Shown here in pieces: positions 38,090 to 51,994 of a stretch of 64,000 nucleotides of DNA. The notes under the pieces are model-generated. The model ran no database searches. It saw only the letters and a list, made by a program, of their open reading frames with translations, and had not been told where the DNA came from. The position numbers were made by a program, and so were the translations under genes. Numbering within the stretch: the stretch's first letter is position 1; each line of letters begins with the position of its first letter. Source of the DNA: Camelus ferus (taxonomy: Eukaryota); assembly GCF_009834535.1 (NCBI RefSeq), contig NC_045696.1, forward strand, positions 31,746,001 to 31,810,000, given 5' to 3'.

Positions 38090-38965
38090 CTTTTTAACGT
38101 CTTTACATATATTAGTTTCAGTTGTACAATATAGTGGTTCGATATCTTTATAGATTATGCACCACACAAAGATATTGTAATATTATTCTATTCCCTATAC
38201 TATGCATCACATCCCTGTGAATTGTTATTTTATAACTGTAGTTTGTACTTCTTTATTCCCCTTCACATATTTTATACAACCCCCACCCTTTCTTTTCTGA
38301 CAACCACTAGACTGCTCACTGTATCTGTGTGTATGTTTATCTGTTCATTTTTTTTCTTTTCTAGATTCCACATATAAGTGAAAACATAGTATTTTATCTT
38401 TCTCTGACCCATTTCACTTAGTATAATACCCTCTAGATCCATCCATTTTGTTGTAAATGACAAGGTTTCATTCTTTTTATGGCTGAGTAATATTTCATTA
38501 TATATATATATACCACATCTTCTGTATCTATTCATCTGTTGATAGATACTTAGGTTGCTTCTATAATTGGCTATGCAAATAATGCTGCAACAAACACTGG
38601 AATGCATAAATCTTTTCAAATTAGGTTTTATTTTCTCGTAATAAATACCCAGAATTTACTGGATCATATTTAGTTCTATTTTTTAATTTTTTTGAGGAAC
38701 TTTCATACTGTTTCCCATATGGCAATACCAATTTACATTCTCACCAAGAGTGTACAAGGGTTCCCTTTTCTCCACATCCTAACACTTGTTATTTCTTGTC
38801 TTTTTGATTATAGCCATTCTGATAGGTGTGAGGTGAAATTTCAGTGTGATTTTGATTAGCATTTCCCTGATGATTAATGTTACTGAACATCTTTTCATGT
38901 GGCTGTTGGCCAACTGTACATATTCTTTGGACAAATGCCTATTTAGGTCCTCTGCCTATTTTTTT
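38090..38965 (-). mobile_element. LINE-1 3' fragment (older)
   Basis: ORF 38272..38619 (KKNETLSFTTKWMDLEGIILSE) matches the L1 ORF2 C-terminus, followed by 3' UTR. Confidence 0.92.
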
Positions 38966-38977
38966 TAATTAAAAAAT

Positions 38978-40165
38978 GTTTTTTATTGAAGTATACAACA
39001 TTGTGTTAGTTTCAGGTGTGCAGCAAAGTGATTCATAAATTCATATTTCCGATTCTTTTACATTATAGTTATTACAAGATATTAAATATAGTTCCATGTG
39101 TTATACAGTAGGTCCTTGCTGTTTTATCTGTTTTATATATAGTAGTGTATATTTGTTAATCCAAAACTCCTAATTTATGCCTCCTATTCTATCCCCTTTG
39201 GTAACCATAAATTTGTTTTCTTTGTCTGTGAGTCTATTTCTGTTTTATATCTTTTGTATCATTTTTTAGATTCCACGTATAAGTGATATCATATGATATT
39301 TGTTTTTGTCGGACTTCACTTAGTTTGATAATCTCTAGGTCCATTCATGTTGCTGCAAATGGCATTACTTCATCCTTTTTTATGGCTGAGTAATATTCCT
39401 TATATATCTGTATGTATACACCACATCTTTTTTATCCATTCATCCATTGATAGACAGTTAGGTTACTTCCATGTCTTGGCTATTGTAAATAATGCTACTA
39501 TGACAGTTGGGGTGCATGTATCTTTTCGAATTAGAGTTTTTGTCTTTTCTGGAGATATGCCCAGGAGTAGGATTGCTGGTTCAATCATATGGTAACTCTA
39601 TTTTTGGGTTCTGTTTTTTTTAAATTTTTAACTCCATACTGTTTTCCACAATGGTTGCACCAGTCTACATTCCCACCAACCATGTAGGAGGGTTCCCTTT
39701 ACTCCACACTCTCTCCAGCATTTATTATTTGTAGACTTTTGATGATCGCTATTCTGACTGGTGTGAGGTGATACCTCATTGTAGTTTTGATTTGCATTTC
39801 TCCAATAATTAGCAATGTTGAACGTCTTTTCATGTGCCTATTAGCCATCTGTATGTCCTCTTTGGAAATAAGTCTATTGAGGTCTTCTGCCCATTTTCTG
39901 ATCAGGTTGTTTGTAGGTTTTTTGTTTTTAGGTGGTTTTTGTTTGTTTGTTTTGTTTTGATATTGAGCTGTATGAGCTGTTTGTATATTTTGGAAATGAA
40001 TCCCCCGTTGGTTGCATCATTTGCAAGTATTTTCTCCCATTCCATAGGTTGTCCTTTCATTTTGTTTATGATTTCCTCTGCTATGCAAAAGCTTTCAAGT
40101 TTAACTAGGTCCCATTTGTTTATTTTTGCTTTTGTTTCCATTGCTCTAGGATATGGATTCAAATT
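38978..40165 (-). mobile_element. LINE-1 3' fragment (younger cetartiodactyl-type)
   Basis: ORF 39902..40231 ([18 protein letters not shown]...[28 protein letters not shown]) matches L1 ORF2. The 3' UTR is similar to 4800-5160. Confidence 0.94.
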
Positions 40166-41259
40166 TTTTTTTTCTCGTATAGTAAAAAGCTTAGAATACT
40201 TATCCTTATTCTCTTGTCTATAACACTTCAAAATTGTAAAATATTTACAATTAACATTTAACTTTAGTCCTTTTATGAAATGTACAGTTTAAAAATACAA
40301 ACAAGATTCTAGGACCATTTGGGGGGCATCAATGACATATTTTTTTTAATCTTTCCATATCATCACATAAAGCAGAAAACATAATAAAACAGCAAACCTG
40401 AAAATAATTGGGCAACACTTGCAACAAAACTTGGTAACATGGGTTCCTACATAAATCTTCAAATATAAGTATGCAAAGACAAACAACCAACAGCCAAAAA
40501 ACCTGCATAGTATCAACAACTATGCAGAATGAAAGGAAGATAATCAAAGGGTTAGCTGATGAACTAGAAAATATAAGAACCCCAAAAGAGCCAACAGAAA
40601 GTCGCTAAAGAACAAATGATGCCAATGTGAGAACAACCAATGAAATGGGAGGTTTCTCCCTATCAAACTGTACATGAATGGAAGGTACAACACAAGTTCG
40701 AAAGCAACTGGAGCAGTCTGAGCCTTGAAAACTCTTGAATCTTCTGCAAATTTATAAAAGCTAACCTGGATCAAATCTCATTCTAGAAGTCCAGGAAAAC
40801 CAATTTTACGTTAAAATGAGCATCAGAAAATACTGAAATCAAATCCTCTTCAAAGACATTATAAAGAAAAGAGATAAAGGCACACAATACTATCCCTGTA
40901 AACAATGAAAGCACTCCAGAAAGACATACTCACAGAGCAAATAAAAACTATAATGTACTATTACAAAATATGTTCAAAGATAATACAAAAGAATAAAACA
41001 CATTTTATAAAAACATAAGAAAGAACTGGAAAATCTCAGAAATAATATGGAGAACTCAAGAAAGAATTCATTTTTTTAAATGGAAATGAAGACCAAGTTA
41101 GAAGAGATGTAAGAGTGAATAATCATCACAGATAATACCTTAAGAGAAATGTTAGTTAAAATGAGAAACATTTTTTTTAAATTAAAATGAGATAATGAAT
41201 CCCTTCTCTTTGCCTTTTGCGTCCCCTTTTTCTTCCTCCTTTTCCTCCCAAATGATACT

Positions 41260-43000
41260 GGATACTGAATCACCATTAGAGTTATCAGTATGAACTCATC
41301 ATTTTCCAAGTATGGGGTAGATGCAAAAATAAATATAAATGTAATATAGTAATGAATATCCGAGTAAATTATATTTCCCGTCTTTGTCCACTGTGAGGGT
41401 TTGTGGACAGCAACATCCAATAATAGCCCACCTGTGGCCTAGATCTTGTTTTCTAAAAACTGTCCTACACCGTAAGATGTCAGGACAGTAAAACTATCAA
41501 GATACTGCAACTAGCTGGAAGTGGCTCTTGGTTGCCAAATATCAGAAAATTTGAGAATTACATAATGAAAAAAAGGGATTCCAATCCATTAAATGAAATA
41601 GAAATGCATGTATCCATGCACATATAAAGAAATAAATGGATATATAAATGAGAAATCTGTACTTTAAAGTAGAATGCCAACATATTAATGTACAATTGAA
41701 GAATAAAATTTAAAAATCATTAGTTGTCAAAACAATAATGAATTCGTGAGAAAATCTTTAGCAGTTAATAAAACACATAATAAGTGTTTGATGAGAAGGA
41801 CATTTACAAAGTATTCTCCCATGAAATATTTACTAAATTAAATGCAGTAATTCTGAATGAAGAAACCTGGTAGATATCAGTTTAATAAAAAGATAAAAGC
41901 AGTATCAGTAATGGGACAAACTTAACAGTATACATGAAGAATAAAGTAGTATTTCTATAATATTCTTACCAGAAATTTACTGAATTCAGTTACTGAATAA
42001 CTGAATCTAGCATAAAAAAGTATAAACCTACCCAAATTGAAGAATACACTACATAATAACAAACTTATAATCTTCAAAAATGTTAAGGCAATGAAAGTCA
42101 AAGAATGCGTGAGAAACCCTTGTCCACTGAAGGAGACTGAAGAAACATAACAAATACAGACATTGCTGGGATGTTGGCAGACAATTTTCCATGACTCTTT
42201 CACATTTTTTACACATCCTTTGAACAAAGGTACTGATGGAATTTGCTTTGCTTTATCGTTTGAAAAATGGTTGTATAACAAACAGACTTGGGAAAGAGAG
42301 ATGGTACTCTTCTTTGAAGCAGACATAAGATTTGTTTGATAACTGGATAACTAATTAAAAGAATAATGTCTCTCTCCAGGGCAAAGGTTAAAGAGACTAG
42401 CTCTTACCCCATTATGAAAATATTAAGGTTTCCTGGCCTCACAGTTTTTCATCGGAGGTGTACTCTGATTACATTGGCAGCATCCTTAAGCCACACCATG
42501 TCACCTCCATGGGAACTGGGGAGCAAGAGAATTTGACACAAACATGAATGAAGTTCCCATTGCTTTTTATACTGTGAGTAAAAAAGTCTTTTGTCTCTGA
42601 TTCACAGTTCACATGTATACAGTTGGCATCCAGGAAGCTATGATAGGTTAACTTGTTAGCTTATAAATCTGGTAAAATCTGAGAAAGTCTTGACAAGGAT
42701 AATTGGCAAAAATTGAATATGCCCAAGGATAGATAGAAATAATTTATTAATTATATATTAATATATAATTGAATATGCCCAAGGATAGATACAAATAATA
42801 TGTTAATTATATGTTAATTTACTGGTTTAAATAGTTAATTGACATTGTGTTACACAAAGTACTTTTGTAGAGGAAATACACAGTAAATTATATGGTGTTG
42901 GTGGGCACCATGTAAAAGACATATATACAAAGTTTCAGGGAAAAAGAATGTCATTGGTATTTTACTTCTAATTTTTCCATAAGTTTGGAATTATTTCAAA
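41260..43000 (+). mobile_element. Old L1MC/MD-type 3' region, interrupted by an LTR
   Basis: 'aaagtagaatgccaa...gaagaaacctggtagata...aacctacccaaattgaagaatac...tcttcaaaaatgttaaggcaatgaaagtcaaaga' motifs. Confidence 0.7.
42172..42695 (+). mobile_element. ERVL solo LTR (LTR41-like)
   Basis: TG...CA ends, 'tgttggcagacaattttccatg...gtaaaaaagtcttttgtctctga...ttaacttgttagctt...ggtaaaatctgaga'. Confidence 0.75.
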
Positions 43001-43499
43001 AATCTGAAAGATATAGTAAAAATCTATGCAACAAAAAGATAAAACAGATCCAAAAGAAATTCACAAACATTAAGGGAGGCAAATAAGATCAAGCATACTT
43101 AAAATATTTTTAATCAAGAAAAAGCAACAGTAAGAGAGCATAATAAAATAGCTACATATAAAATAACCTTTGTGAAATAGAAATATATATACATTGAAAT
43201 TATATACCTAAAAACACAATGAAAATCACTTTATACACCTGAGAATATTGAATGAGAATGACCAACACCAAAAAATGTTCTAGTAAGTATATTAAATTAA
43301 ACAATGTTTGGATATTTGGAAAAACAGTGACGTAAAAGAGGAAGAAAATTAGATTATCATCATAGTTTTACAGTAATCATTTTTCTTTATTTATAGTTTT
43401 CACAACTAAGCTTGCATGCTATAAGAAAATGGATAAAAACATTTGAGATATTCAAGGAAAGAAATGTGAGGCAAGAGATTGTTGTTTGTTTAATGTTGG

Positions 43500-44580
43500 A
43501 TAAAATAAGTGTGGAATTATAAAATATTCCGATTCTTGCTGTGTTATTGAGAATCAGGATACTCTGTGTGGAAAAATAGGTTAAAGACTACAGAACCACA
43601 CATATACACACACATTTCCTAACGCTTTCCTCAGCAAAGGACTAAAATCAATGATTAGGCCAGTAGCAATGAGCATCCAGACTACTCAGACTATAATTCA
43701 GAAATACCACTGTCAACTAGGGACTAGGACTTATTAGAAAAATGGCTGTTCCCAAGTCTGGGGAAAGAAATGTTCAGGGTGGGCCTGGAACATCTTATCA
43801 TACTAGACACTAAAGATATTAGCAAAACTACTATGATATGACCAGAAGAATTAGGAATCATGTTTAAGAGGTTTCCACTGGCCAAAGTTATTTCAATAAG
43901 TATAGTATTTGCAAATAATTGAAACTCATAAATTACATTTAAATCATGAGTTCCTAATGAAATTTTAAAAAATAATTGGTCACCTATAGGAAATAGGAAA
44001 GAACTAACTCATTATTTTGAAAACTGGTAAATAAAGGAAATAAATATTTATCATGGCTTTTCTGTATGAACTGATCCAAGGGGTAATTACACAGTAGATA
44101 AGGAAAGCATCTCTACAAGAGACAACCAAATTTAGTGTCTCATGATGAAAGGGCAGAGTGCCACCATGGTCAAGCCAAAGGCCTTGGACCCGTCTCTGAT
44201 CAAACCTTGGATCCATGTGACACATTTCAGGGCACAGAAAAACAGAGAAATACTGAACAACAAAAGTGCAATAAATATGTAATTGGCAAAATCCACACTG
44301 TGGAAAGCTCTACATACCAAAAGTTTGACTCAGACATCCCAACAGTCACAGGTAAGGAAAATGATTATTGCAATAGTCAAGATAGGGGTACATTTGGCAG
44401 GAGGGAAGGGGATTGTGATGGCAAGGGGATATATACATGAGTATCTAGGGAGGCTGGCAAAGTTGTATTTTTTGACTGGGTGGTGTTTGCCTTATAATAA
44501 TTATGCTATACATATTTTTGTGTGGTTGTGTGGATTTCTGTTAGTCTGTCATGTATTACAGTAAAAAGGTAAAAATAAAT
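43500..44580 (+). mobile_element. Old L1MC/MD-type 3' region
   Basis: 'agaaaaatggctgttcccaagtctggggaaagaaatgttcagggtgggcctggaacatctt...aactggtaaataaaggaaa' motifs. Confidence 0.7.
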
Positions 44581-45920
44581 TAACAAGGACTATGGGAAAA
44601 TAAGGTCACAGGAAGAAATGAAAGATGCAAATAAATTATTTTATTAATCATGTACTTATATAGAGTTATAAATAGTGATACATTATTATGATTTTTCAAA
44701 ATACAAAATTTTGCTTTAGATTTCTATAATACTGATCTATATAATGGTTTATACAATATCTTTTAATAGCAATTTGAATTAACATATATATGAATAGGAA
44801 CACCCATTAAAATTTGTGTAAGAAGCATAAATTCAGAGTGATGACTAAAAGTTCTAAGTCTGAAGGTAAGCAAGCAATGTGGTGACACAGAAATTCACTT
44901 AGGTGAAATCAAAATCAATGCGATTTCATTAAAAAAGTAAAAAATGTTTACAATTAAATTTATTAATTAAAATAAGGAATGCTACTCATCAGAAAGTGTC
45001 AGAAAAATATCACAATATTATATGTGAAAGAAAATGAATATGGAAAAGGAAAATTATAGTCCAATTTAGTAAGCAGAGTGATAAATTGCTATAGTGTATT
45101 TAAGAAAAATAAAGCCTGCAAATAGTAAACAGTTCAGAATGTTAGTTAAGAATAGTATTCAACTAGAGGAAAATTAATCAAAAAGCAAATTGACAGTATA
45201 AGTAAAAACAGTGGCATAGTGAAACAGATGCAGAGTTTGTAGCTTCTGGGTCTACTACCATTCTAAGCTCTGTATATGCAATTGTAATTAAACAAAGGTG
45301 TTCCTCATTGAGTTCCTGACATTTGCTGTTGAATGACTAATTTGTTTTGGTTAGGTTTAGGAAGAAAAGAGGTGGAAAGTAGTCCCCCATTATGGCTTTT
45401 TTTTTTTTCAATGAATGAGGATAGATTTTTAAAGAAGAGGCTCTTTATGTACTCACAGCTTTAATTAAACATGTGAATCAAATAAATGATCTTTTAGTGC
45501 TTTGACATGCAGCATTCTACATGTTTATGTTGACATAAATATCACAAACAGAAGGAAAGCTAAAGAGGAGGAATCAATGTGATTCAACATGACCAAGGCA
45601 TTAGCTAAAAAGAAGAAAAAGAGTAACAGAGAAAACAAACCCAAAGTAAATGTGCTATAACTATATGAAAGATCTTAATATTGTTATCTTATAAATACAA
45701 ATAATGGGTTGAAAGTCATAGGTTTAATAAAGATATACTTTATCAGTGTTAGCTTGATTAGATGTTAAAAATTAATGTTAAGAGGACACCAAGAATACCA
45801 AATATCTGAATTATTAAAATGACACAAATTCGTACTATGAAGAACATCTCAACCATGATGAATTTTTACCTTTAAATACTGTAAAATCAAGAAGAATAAT
45901 GAAAAGAATATAACCTAGAA

Positions 45921-46111
45921 GAGCTGATCCTTGAACAACATGGATTTAAACAGCATGGGTCTACTTATATGCAAATATTTTCAATAAATACTGTAGTACT
46001 ACACAATCCAAGGTTGGTTGAATCTGAGGATGAGGACCTGCAGATACAGAGGACCAAGTATAAAGTTATATAGTGTCAATGCTCCTAAACCTCATGTTCA
46101 AGGGCCAGCTG
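45921..46111. mobile_element. MER8/Tigger2-derived MITE
   Basis: Inverted termini 'agctgatccttgaaca' and 'tgttcaagggccagctg', followed by TA. Confidence 0.88.
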
Positions 46112-49100
46112 TATATAATATAGTTTTTCCTCATTATATGGTAATTGAATTAACTGAAAATCAGTGTAACATTCTATATGTAATCTCTGTTCTGTGTTTA
46201 TCCATGTGACTTGAACACCTCAATTTATCAGTGGTTTCATTTATTAAAAGTTTTGAATAGTACCTTCATTCCCTTAAGAGACCAAAATACATTCAACAAG
46301 ATCTGTTTCTCTAAAACATACCATTAAATGATTATACACTGACTCCTCACTGAAAACCATTCTTACTAAAAGTAAAGATGCCCTATGTCAATATTAAAAT
46401 ATCTCTACTTTTCTAACCTAATATTGGACTTATAAAATATCAAATTAAACTTAAATATCCTGCATTAACCTCCTAGCAATGGCCATAAGGAAGAATAACA
46501 CTAATTTAATGTTGCTATACTTAAAGATATTTTATCTTTATACTTTAATGTTATAATATTGATAACATTAATTTCATACTGATTCACAATTTTTCTTATT
46601 TAATCATCTCAACATACTTGTAAAAATAGTACTGATTTCTTTATTTTACTAGTAAGGAAACTGAAGCTCATGGAACTGAAATATTTTGCCAGATGAGCAC
46701 AGATCCATTTTCTCCATATTTCTTTCCATTTTTTGGGGTCAGTTTTTGCTCAACTCACTTGATTTTTTTCTAGAAAATGCTTTTCAATTTAATAATACAA
46801 ATTTATGGCAAATGGAAATTACAGTATATATTTTCACTCATAACTATTTTAGAATGAATTTATGTTTTTTTAATTTAGAAATAACTGTATTATACATTGC
46901 TCTTTTGTTCTTTCACCCAGTAAAGGTGGCTCTAAAATCAAAATTGAGTATCAGCCAGAGCTTGGTGATGTTGGTCTTCAAGGGAAGAACTGTGGCTACA
47001 GAAAATAAGTCAGGATGGATCAAAGAGTGGACTGAGAATGGTTAACTGATATCATCCTTCCATTATTTCTGTAATTGTTCATGATTTATATTGTCTTCTT
47101 GAGACATTACTAAGCTGATGAGAACAAATGATAACACACTTTGAGGCTCACTACTAAGTTTCTTCTTAACTCCCTGGAGTTTAATTTCCTTCACTTCATT
47201 TTAGGAAGGCCCAACTCTAAGAAGGGCAGATTCAAAGAAAGGATATCGAGGAAATTCAAAGTTATTTTATTTATAAACTTGTAGATTAATTTTCTTTCAA
47301 TATTTAAAATAAGCACAACCTAGAAAACTGCTCAAAAACATGGATGGGATAAATCTGGCATAATTATAAAGATAAAATAATAGAAATAAATATATAAAAA
47401 ATAATTATTTGATTTAGGGATGAAGAATTAGGACCAATTTAAAAGAAAGAAAAAAGAAAAACAGTGAGATTTTTAAATGTCTTCAATATTTGAAGACTTT
47501 CTTAGGAGACAGATAGACTTGTTAGGTACTGATTCATGAGTCTAGGTTCCAGATCAGTGTTTAAAAATTAAGGGGCAACATTTTGTTGACATGAATGAAT
47601 AGCTAAGGTTTCCTACAGAGAACGAGATAGCTTTCTAGATTTGTCTTCTCATCTCTGGAGTAAGAAGTCTGATGAGATGATTTCAAACATCCCTTTCAGC
47701 TTCACTATTGCACATTGTTATCTTTTAGATACTGACTCCCCTCCCTCCACCCCCGCCAATACCCAGTGACTTTATAGGAACTATTCCTCTGGAATAAATA
47801 TTTAGGGTGAGTATAACATAAGATGACCCACCTCCACACATCTGCTTACCACTTTCCATCTGCGTCAGATTCTCTCCCTCCTTAATCTGAGATGAAGGTT
47901 CTTAAAGACAAGATGAATTCAAAATAATCTTAACACTTTCCCTGATGCCCATATTTCTCTTATGGCAATGTATCATTTTTAATCGTTCATTATGTTTGTT
48001 TAGGCATTTCATTTCTAGACAACGGACACTGTTTATAAAATTGCAATGCAGGAGGTGGGCTTCTACACTGAAATCATTTGGGATTTTAAAATGCAAACTC
48101 CTAGACCTGACAATAGAACTACTGGTTCCCTTTTAATTATCTTCTGCATAGTATGCCAAACTTCATTCTTGCAGATACTTAGTGCTTTAGAGCCACTGCT
48201 GTAAGCCCTTTCATTTACTCTTGTTTTTTTCCAACTCGTCAACTCTTGGCTTAATTGTTACCAATACATAGCCTCAGCCTTATCTAGTTGCTGATTTAAT
48301 CTAGAATAAAATCTCAGGATATCAAGATATTCTCAGACTCAGCAGTCTGGACAGGCTGATATTAGTCTTATTATAAACCTTGTTCTCTAGGAGCTACTTT
48401 CTGAGCACTTCCCACTGTCTATGCCTTAACAAGGATACTGTTTCAAAACAGTATAAGTTTGATTAATGCTACTGCCTAGAGTATCCTATTGCAAACTCTA
48501 TCAAGGTGAACAAGCCATCATGGATCTGGAAGATTGCCTGAATAAAGCCCAAATGTGTTACCTCCCTTTAATTATTCTAATTGAAACTCCTTTTCACCAA
48601 CAATTGGGCCAGCCCTATACCTATGACTCTTTTGTGACCCAGTCCTAATCAAAGGTATGGCATTCTACCTCTTCCCATACTAAGACTCTATGAATGGAAA
48701 GCCTGGCTTTTTGTGGGGAATGAGAGAGGGAAATCCTATTCTCACTGAAAAGGGCATTTAAGGCAACATTACCAAGCCTCAAAACAGTTTGTTCCCTTTT
48801 TTTTAATCTCTCTCCCCCATATGCCTAGACAGGATGAAACAGATGCTCATTAATTCTTAAAATTCCTTTAAAATATATAATACATATTCTCAAATTAGTG
48901 AGACTACAACACATGGTAGTTATATAATTTGCAATGTGCCCAGAACTAATCAATAGATCAACAGCACTGTTTGCAAGTTAAGAAGTCAGACCTGAAGATT
49001 TTTATCTGAAGCCTGAAAAGGAAACACTTCTCCAGCTGCCATTGGTTGTCATGATCTGAGAAAACAAATGGCATTGCTGCACAATGTCAATAGCCCACGT

Positions 49101-50699
49101 TCTATGCCTTGTTTTGCTTTCACCAGACTGTGAAAAGACCAACAGCTGTTACTGAGCTAAAAAGAAGGAAAGGATTTACAGTAGGTGGTACCACCTGTGC
49201 TTTTCTGGTTCCACCCATAAAAATCTGCCACTTTATTTTGGAGCTGAGTGGAGAACATGGCAGTGACTCAGTGTCGGGGGAGTGAGTAGCCAACTGTGGC
49301 TCAGTTCTGATACAAAGGAGTAACAACATCTTTACAAGTCAAGTCACAGCAATGTATGTTGATGAATAAGTTTTCTTGCTTTCACTTTATCCATTTCAAA
49401 TATCTAGGAAAAGCCCATAAATAAAAAGCAAACCTGACTTAGCTTTAAAAATTAAAGACTTATAACCCAGATATAATGCAAGATTCTGTATATATGCAAT
49501 TAATGATTTTTCCTATATTGTGATTCATTTTAGCTTCTTTACCTTAAAAACTAGAAAAAAATGTGCTTGCCAAGTTACTATCTATTGGACTCTGGTAACT
49601 GTGGAATTTCAAATTTAAACAGCCACTTGGTGAAACATGCTTTCTATTTCCAAGTAAAGTGTTTTAAGGGATTATGGAAAACGGAGAATTGAGTCATCCA
49701 GGGACAAAAATAGTTTTGAAATATGGTAGCCTGAGTTACCTAGTACTCATGTATGAATTTCCCCTAAATGCTAAATTTTTAAATGTTATATATAGAATAA
49801 TTTAAACCATATGATATGAAGTAAAGCTTTTGACAAAAACAAATGCATTGAGTGCCTCAAATGAATCAGGAATCCCTACTTAACTATGAGGTGATATTTC
49901 TGTATCCTGCCATTCTAAACTAATCAATGTTAAAGAAATTGGATTTTATTTATTCAGTGAAGAAAGACAGCAGATGATAGTCCCTCTCTCATTTTTTAAA
50001 AATACTTTTTCACATTTCCCATAGTTAATGTGAAAATTTGCTCAATACTAGGCCTGAGAGAGGACTGAACTCCAAGGACCTAGAAAAAAACATTATCCTT
50101 CAGTAAATTTTATTTATGATGAAGATGGTAAATGACAAGACAGGCAGGGAACTTCAAGACAAATGGACACAGGCAATGTGGTAGGGATTTCTGCATCCAC
50201 TGGTACCAGAATCCATTAAATATTTCTATTCATTTTTTGATACTAATTTCAAACGTTGCTCTAATTTTGTTTTTCTGAAGAAAATTATCCTGAATAAACT
50301 GTCAATATATTATGTTCCAACCTGTCTATTTTTAACAACCTTTCCTGCCTTCTGAAGCAAGGAATAAAAAAATACCCTAAGACAAAAAATATATAGTACA
50401 GTTTGAAAGTATTTTCCTGTGGATAAATTCATCTAAAAACTGATGGTTTAAAGAACTATGCTGGTTTTTTTTTTTTTCCTGCTGATTTGGAACAACATTT
50501 GGACCTACCTGAATATATTAATTATAAATTTCTTTTATAACATTAAAAATAGGCTTCATTTATAATCATGAATCAAGTGTCAATTCAGAGAATAGTTCAA
50601 ATTTAGTCAGTCAGAGCTCTTATTGTTTTTGTTACTTCTTACCAGTTGTTCTTTGGAACCTGTTCTATACAACAATGTTAATAAATAATATCATATCCA

Positions 50700-51018
50700 G
50701 ATCATTCTCAATTATTCTGAGCACATTCTTTATGATGGGGATATTTACTCATAATTTTGTGTTTTTCATTCCAATCCAGTGAGGTACATTTGCCCCACAG
50801 CACATGTTGGCAACAGTGCTATCCCACACGTTGAAATCCTGCACTATGATTACCACATTAGATGCTGGTACTGCTGCAATGAATTTGTCTGGATAGCTGT
50901 AAAATCTCTTTCTCTTATCAGTATTTGTCATGTCCAGGGCATAGTCGCTGATGTTGGTGGCACAGTGCTTAGATTCAGAGTGTGAAGTTTGGGGGATTTT
51001 GTGACAACTGACTGACTG
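50700..51018 (-). mobile_element. Ancient RTE-clade LINE endonuclease fragment (MamRTE1-like)
   Basis: Minus-strand frame ...CATNISDYALDMTNTDKRKRFYSYPDKFIAAVPASNVVIIVQDFN...GANVPHWIGMKN matches the RTE APE pattern ATIISAYAPTMT...FY..L...I..VP..D...I.GDFN...G..G.HG.G..N. Confidence 0.75.
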
Positions 51019-51994
51019 TCACACTGACAGCTAAGACCCATCACTAGGAACAGGGAACATCTCCCTGAAGGCTGCATAGTCAGGGTCATTCACTGTAAGC
51101 CACCACTTATCAAGAATTACTCAATGTAAAGATTTTTTTTCCCAAAAGAATGTCAGGTTTTCTTTTACTCCTCCACAATTACTTCTGCTGACTTGAACAT
51201 ACAGACGGCAGACTGATATATAGAGCAGTTGCCATCTGATAGCTCACCTCTGCAAAATGAGAAGGGAGCTGATACCAAGATGCAGACTCATGAAAGATAC
51301 TCTAGTGAAAAATCAATGTGGAATAAAATAAAAGTGGATAAATGAAGTCTCTAACTAAGGACTTAACAGGAAGCATTTACTAGATGGAATAAGTCCCAAA
51401 GGAAAAATATTTGAAACAATAGGTCACAAAATTTGTGCTACAAAAGCAGTGGAAAATAAAGAGCACAAAGAACTTAGATGGGGTCTCTATTTTACATTTG
51501 ACAAGGCCACAAAAGAGAAATGTTCTGCCCAGAATCATAATGAAATTTAGTTGAATATCTTGGGTTACATCTCAGCCCTCTTAGACTCTTGTCCAAGTTT
51601 CTCTTTTCGGCAGACTTAGCTACATCAAATTTTAATAATTGATAACTGACAATCAAGTCATATTTCAGACAGTGAAATTACATCAAAGTGCTTAGCCTGT
51701 CTAGAATGGGATAAAGGATAATGCCATTAATTCTAACATGAAATCACTCAGCATTCCAAGAATTTTATTTATGATGCTGAATGTACAGTTGACAAGAGTT
51801 ACACCCAAGAACAGAGAAATCATACAATTTCATCTAGGTACAAGTAGGTAGATGGGCTACTATATACCTTCTTACAACAAAACATACCTACTCTATAACT
51901 TTCTTTGTCCTTTGTTTTTTAGAAGTTCATTCTAAGTTATACTATAGTTATACTAAGTACAAATTGTGCTCAAGGTCTCTTTATACATTATGAA

